Virus record (IMG/VR): IMGVR_UViG_3300033067_002443
Location: 1 to 36,076 of that record
Length of the DNA: 36,076 nt
Direction: 5' to 3' (one strand)
Source of the DNA: a virus
Taxonomy: Duplodnaviria > Caudoviricetes
In this document: piece after piece, positions 33,328 through 36,076 of the stretch
How positions within the stretch are numbered: position 1 is the first letter of the stretch
How the letters are laid out: each line of letters begins with the position of its first letter
Notes under the pieces: generated by a model
What the model was told of the DNA's origin: nothing
The model's database searches: none
Seen by the model: the letters and a program-made list of their open reading frames with translations, nothing else
Position numbers and translations under genes: made by a program

Positions 33328-33665
33328 TCCCGCACCCCCGCAGCCCGCATCACGGCGAGCCATCGGCAGTCGGGGGCGTGCGCCTCAGGCCCTGGCCTGT
33401 CCTCGTCGGGGTGCTCCCGCCGACAGAAGTGGCACACCACCGGCTGCGAGTCGTGCGAAGGCTCGGGCCACTCCAGGCTCAGCAGCAGACGCGCCATCGC
33501 GGGGGCCGCGGCGGCGAGCTTGGCGCGGGCGTCGACCTCGGGGTCCTCGGGGTCCTCCGGGTCATCCTCGGTGAGAGGTACGTCGAACGTGGCGAGCGCG
33601 CGCCCGCTCGGGTCCCGCACAAGCCCGCTGTCGCTGAACCACTCCTCATCCCAGATCGGCATCAT
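33324..33665 (-). CDS. Hypothetical phage protein (ARAKLAAAAP motif; C-terminal CxxC...H..C)
   Basis: AGGAGG RBS; the 'LAAAAP' motif is common in phage early proteins. Confidence 0.65.
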   Translation of the reverse strand: MMPIWDEEWFSDSGLVRDPSGRALATFDVPLTEDDPEDPEDPEVDARAKLAAAAPAMARLLLSLEWPEPSHDSQPVVCHFCRREHPDEDRPGPEAHAPDCRWLAVMRAAGVRE

Positions 33666-34210
33666 CGTCCTCCTGGCTCCGCTCCGGAGTACCACGCGTG
33701 GTCGACGTGAAGGCTCGTTCGGAGCCGACCTCGCATCACGCGGGCGATGTCATCATCCGTGCTAGCAGACTCCACCCAGCACCTGTGCAGCACCGGCGCG
33801 GGGAGCTCTGTCTCTATCGACTCAAGCAGCCTCATGACGTGCTGACGCATAGCCTGGTTGTGCACGATGTACACGGCGTGGTTGTTGGGGTGCGCCTGAA
33901 GCTGCGCGAGCATCCGCTGCAGCTGCCGCGTGGTTCGGCCGGACTGGCGGTCGCTCACGAGCGGCCACGGCTCCGTGCTCCACTCGCCGAAGAGGAGCAC
34001 CGCGGCGATGGCGCGGGCGGTCGTGCGGGTGAGCGGACGCGTTATCAACTCGATGGTTGCGTACTCCCACATCAGCATGCGCAGCCGCGGCAGTGACCGA
34101 GGCATTGCCCACCAGTCACACTCGAGCAACGCATCCTCGAGCACCTCGCAGGCGTCCAGGTCTTCGCATGCGAGCAGCGCGAGGGGGAGCAGATGGGCGG
34201 GAGGGGTCAT
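33662..34210 (-). CDS. Hypothetical protein with a degenerate P-loop-like C-terminal half
   Basis: Start re-called to ATG 34210 (ATGA overlap); DRQSGRTTRQL...AVYIVHN...VDHA. Confidence 0.5.
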   Translation of the reverse strand: MTPPAHLLPLALLACEDLDACEVLEDALLECDWWAMPRSLPRLRMLMWEYATIELITRPLTRTTARAIAAVLLFGEWSTEPWPLVSDRQSGRTTRQLQRMLAQLQAHPNNHAVYIVHNQAMRQHVMRLLESIETELPAPVLHRCWVESASTDDDIARVMRGRLRTSLHVDHAWYSGAEPGGR

Positions 34211-34407
34211 CGATGCAGCCTTTCGCGCGAGCACCAACGCGTGGACACGAGCGGCCAGCGAGCCGCCTCTTCCCGACGCTCTTTGCAGACGAGCGCGACT
34301 AGCCCGCGGCGAGCCATCTCCTCCGACTCGGCGGGACAGAACCAGCGCACGCCGCTGTCGGGGATCTGGAAGACCCACCATGCGCGCTCTTCGTGGTCGG
34401 GCGTCAT
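34207..34407 (-). CDS. Hypothetical protein
   Basis: 66 aa, coupled overlaps. Confidence 0.55.
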   Translation of the reverse strand: MTPDHEERAWWVFQIPDSGVRWFCPAESEEMARRGLVALVCKERREEAARWPLVSTRWCSRERLHR

Positions 34408-34919
34408 CGTGTGGGGTCCTTTGGGGCGAGTCGCCTGGGCTTCCGTCTGTTTCTGGCTTGCTCACTTGGCGTCGCCCATCGGCAGTTCCCGGGCTCATAG
34501 TCTCCGCTGCCCTCGATGCGGTCGATCGTCTTCCCGGCAGGGCGCTCACCCATGTCGGAAACAAAGTGCTCGAACAACATCCAGCGTTCACACACCTTGA
34601 TCCCACGACCGCCGTAGTACTCCCAGTTCGGCGCGTTCGGGTTGGTGCAGCGAGCGAGCATGCTGCACCAGGTATGGTAGGTCGGCGAGCGAGACGAAGA
34701 CCACTTCGCCTTCTTCGCAGCGCACCCGCGGCAGCGAGCCTTCCCGGGGACCAGTGGCGCGGGGCAAAATGGGCAGACCCCCCGCAGCTTCTTCGCTGCT
34801 CGACGCGACCTAGACGCGTCGAGACAACGCCTACACCGCCGGTGCTCTCCCGCGCATGCGCCGCAGTCGATACAAAGACCGGCTGCCATCCGCCTCTCCC
34901 GCCACGGGCGCGCCGTCAC
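34404..34919 (-). CDS. HNH-type homing endonuclease with N-terminal Zn fingers
   Basis: [12 protein letters not shown]...[12 protein letters not shown]...[14 protein letters not shown]....[13 protein letters not shown]; four CxxC pairs at the N-terminus. Confidence 0.85.
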   Translation of the reverse strand: MTARPWRERRMAAGLCIDCGACAGEHRRCRRCLDASRSRRAAKKLRGVCPFCPAPLVPGKARCRGCAAKKAKWSSSRSPTYHTWCSMLARCTNPNAPNWEYYGGRGIKVCERWMLFEHFVSDMGERPAGKTIDRIEGSGDYEPGNCRWATPSEQARNRRKPRRLAPKDPTR

Positions 34920-35128
34920 TTGTAATCCCCCCGCTCGATCGCGTCCGCAGCAAGCGCCCACGCCTCCGCGTCGCGGTACCGCTCAGGCTTCAGCGCCTCC
35001 GCCCGCAGCCACGCCACGATGCGCTTCACCGTCTCGGCTTCGGTCCGCTCCGACCGCTTCCTGAGCGCACACAGATAGCACTCGCTGTCGCGCTCGCCGG
35101 CCCCGCACCATTCGCATACGTCGCTCAC
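34916..35128 (-). CDS. Hypothetical protein with CxxC...CxxC
   Basis: CEWC...CYLC, IVAWLR...ADAIERG; GTGA coupling. Confidence 0.6.
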   Translation of the reverse strand: MSDVCEWCGAGERDSECYLCALRKRSERTEAETVKRIVAWLRAEALKPERYRDAEAWALAADAIERGDYK

Positions 35129-35550
35129 CGCGACCCCCGCCACGCGTCGAGGGCGCCATCCAGCGCAGCCCCGCACGGCCGCTCGCCGGAGTTGAAGCGA
35201 CGGAACGCGCTTGCGGCCTCAGCGACGGCTCGCAGCGCGCGGAGCTCGCGGTGTGCGCCGTCACGTGCGTTCTCCGCAGCGGCGGCGCGCGCACCGAGTT
35301 CGCGGTACCCGTCGAGTCGTTGATCCGCCGCGCGCTCGACAAACCAGCGCACCTGTCCCTCCAGCTCCCGCACGCGTGCGAGGAGGGCGGGGAGCGCGTT
35401 GCGGGCGGCTGCGATGAGGCGAGCGTCGGTCGGCATCACGTCCGCGCATATCCCGAGCACCATCCACCCTTTGACGGTGCAGAAATATGGCGACCAGCGC
35501 CCGCCCGTCGCCTCCCGCTCGAGGCGCTCCAGCTCGTCGAGGTCGATCAT
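35125..35550 (-). CDS. Ead/Ea22-like early protein
   Basis: MIDLDELERLEREATGGRW...DARLIAAARNALPALLARVRELE. Confidence 0.75.
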   Translation of the reverse strand: MIDLDELERLEREATGGRWSPYFCTVKGWMVLGICADVMPTDARLIAAARNALPALLARVRELEGQVRWFVERAADQRLDGYRELGARAAAAENARDGAHRELRALRAVAEAASAFRRFNSGERPCGAALDGALDAWRGSR

Positions 35551-35813
35551 CGGGCCGGCCCCAAGTGCGAGGCCCACGCCGCTTCGTCCACGTCGTACTG
35601 TTGGACGACCATCAGCGGGTGCAGGCGAATGGTCCCGCCCTCGTCGAGGATCGTGTTCTTCGTCGGACCGCTGTAGAGCTGCCCGAGACCCTTCGTCGTC
35701 CCCCACCGCCGAAAGGTCTTCGCGCGGCGAATCACCACCTCGTCGCCCTCCCGCTGGACGTCGCCAACGTGAACCCATCCCCGCTGCACCACCACGATTC
35801 GCACCGCCATCAT
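35547..35813 (-). CDS. Conserved phage hypothetical protein
   Basis: IVVVQRGWVHVG...RRWGTTKGLGQL..GP; coupled to the Gly-X repeat gene. Confidence 0.7.
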   Translation of the reverse strand: MMAVRIVVVQRGWVHVGDVQREGDEVVIRRAKTFRRWGTTKGLGQLYSGPTKNTILDEGGTIRLHPLMVVQQYDVDEAAWASHLGPAR

Positions 35814-36076
35814 TTGCCTCCGTTGCCGTCGCCGTAGCCGTAGCCGTAGCCGTAGCCGTAGCCGTAGCCGTCGCCGTAGCCGTCGCCGTAGCCGTAGCCG
35901 TAGCCGTAGCCGTAGCCGTCGCCGTTGCCGTTGCCGTTGCCGTCGCCGTCGCCGTAGCCGTAGCCGTAGCCGTCGCCGTAGCCGTCGCCGTTGCCGTTGC
36001 CGTTGCCGTCGCCGTAGCCGTCGCCGTTGCCGTTGCCGTTGCCGTCGCCGTAGCCGATCTCCACCGCCTCCACGTC
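35810..36076 (-). CDS. Gly-(Tyr/Asp/Asn) repeat protein (5' end probably outside the window)
   Basis: The frame is open to the window edge (DVEAVEI-GYGDGNGNGNGD...); its stop overlaps the next ATG. Confidence 0.7.
   Translation of the reverse strand, partial: DVEAVEIGYGDGNGNGNGDGYGDGNGNGNGDGYGDGYGYGYGDGDGNGNGNGDGYGYGYGYGYGDGYGDGYGYGYGYGYGYGDGNGGK
35822..36055 (-). repeat. Hexanucleotide tandem repeat (GGC-DAC)x39, D = A/G/T
   Basis: Uninterrupted GCCGTA/GCCGTC/GCCGTT units on the + strand. Confidence 0.95.

Larger units (their letters stand above)
1..36076. mobile_element. Temperate podovirus-like phage genome, non-integrated configuration
   Basis: All genes are phage-type; int and attP are internal with phage genes on both sides; both edges fall inside leftward early genes. 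Confidence 0.9.

Noticed and set aside
35822-36055. DGR variable region (AAC to GAC/TAC changes)
   Set aside because: Only the first A of the codon varies while the second is invariant, and there is no reverse transcriptase or template repeat in the window; slippage of a hexamer explains it.
1-36076. Window ends joining directly into a closed circle
   Set aside because: Joining 36076 to 1 puts SSB out of frame with the Gly-X gene and gives no acidic SSB tail; some sequence is probably missing between the ends.

Overview
This window is almost the whole genome of a high-GC temperate tailed phage with podovirus-type morphogenesis. It has a portal, scaffold, capsid, adaptor, nozzle and three ejection-type proteins, and no tape measure or sheath. 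It appears to be in its excised (attP-intact) form. From left to right the modules are: a leftward recombination operon (ERF, Cas4-like PD-(D/E)XK nuclease, SSB); an immunity region (lipoprotein, CI-like and Cro-like HTH genes); and a rightward early operon (antirepressor-like gene, tyrosine integrase, attP formed by the 3' half of tRNA-Thr(CGT), secreted transglycosylase, HNH, DnaA-C domain protein, initiator with an internal origin, DnaC-like loader, RusA-like resolvase, TerS-like gene). These are followed by an oppositely oriented HTH-GNAT-TerL cassette, the structural and lysis operon ending in a GH25 endolysin, and a leftward accessory operon running off the right edge. The most unusual features are: (i) int and attP sit in the middle of the Cro operon, so integration would uncouple the replication genes from PR; (ii) a densely structured, possibly switchable RNA lies just after attP; (iii) the TerL cassette is inverted and faces TerS; (iv) an ejection protein carries a split Peptidase-S74-like domain with three SD-x-x-x-K motifs; (v) a sigma54-type promoter lies upstream of the TerS region. 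A Myxococcota-like host is only an inference. All family calls come from motif recognition by eye, not database searches.
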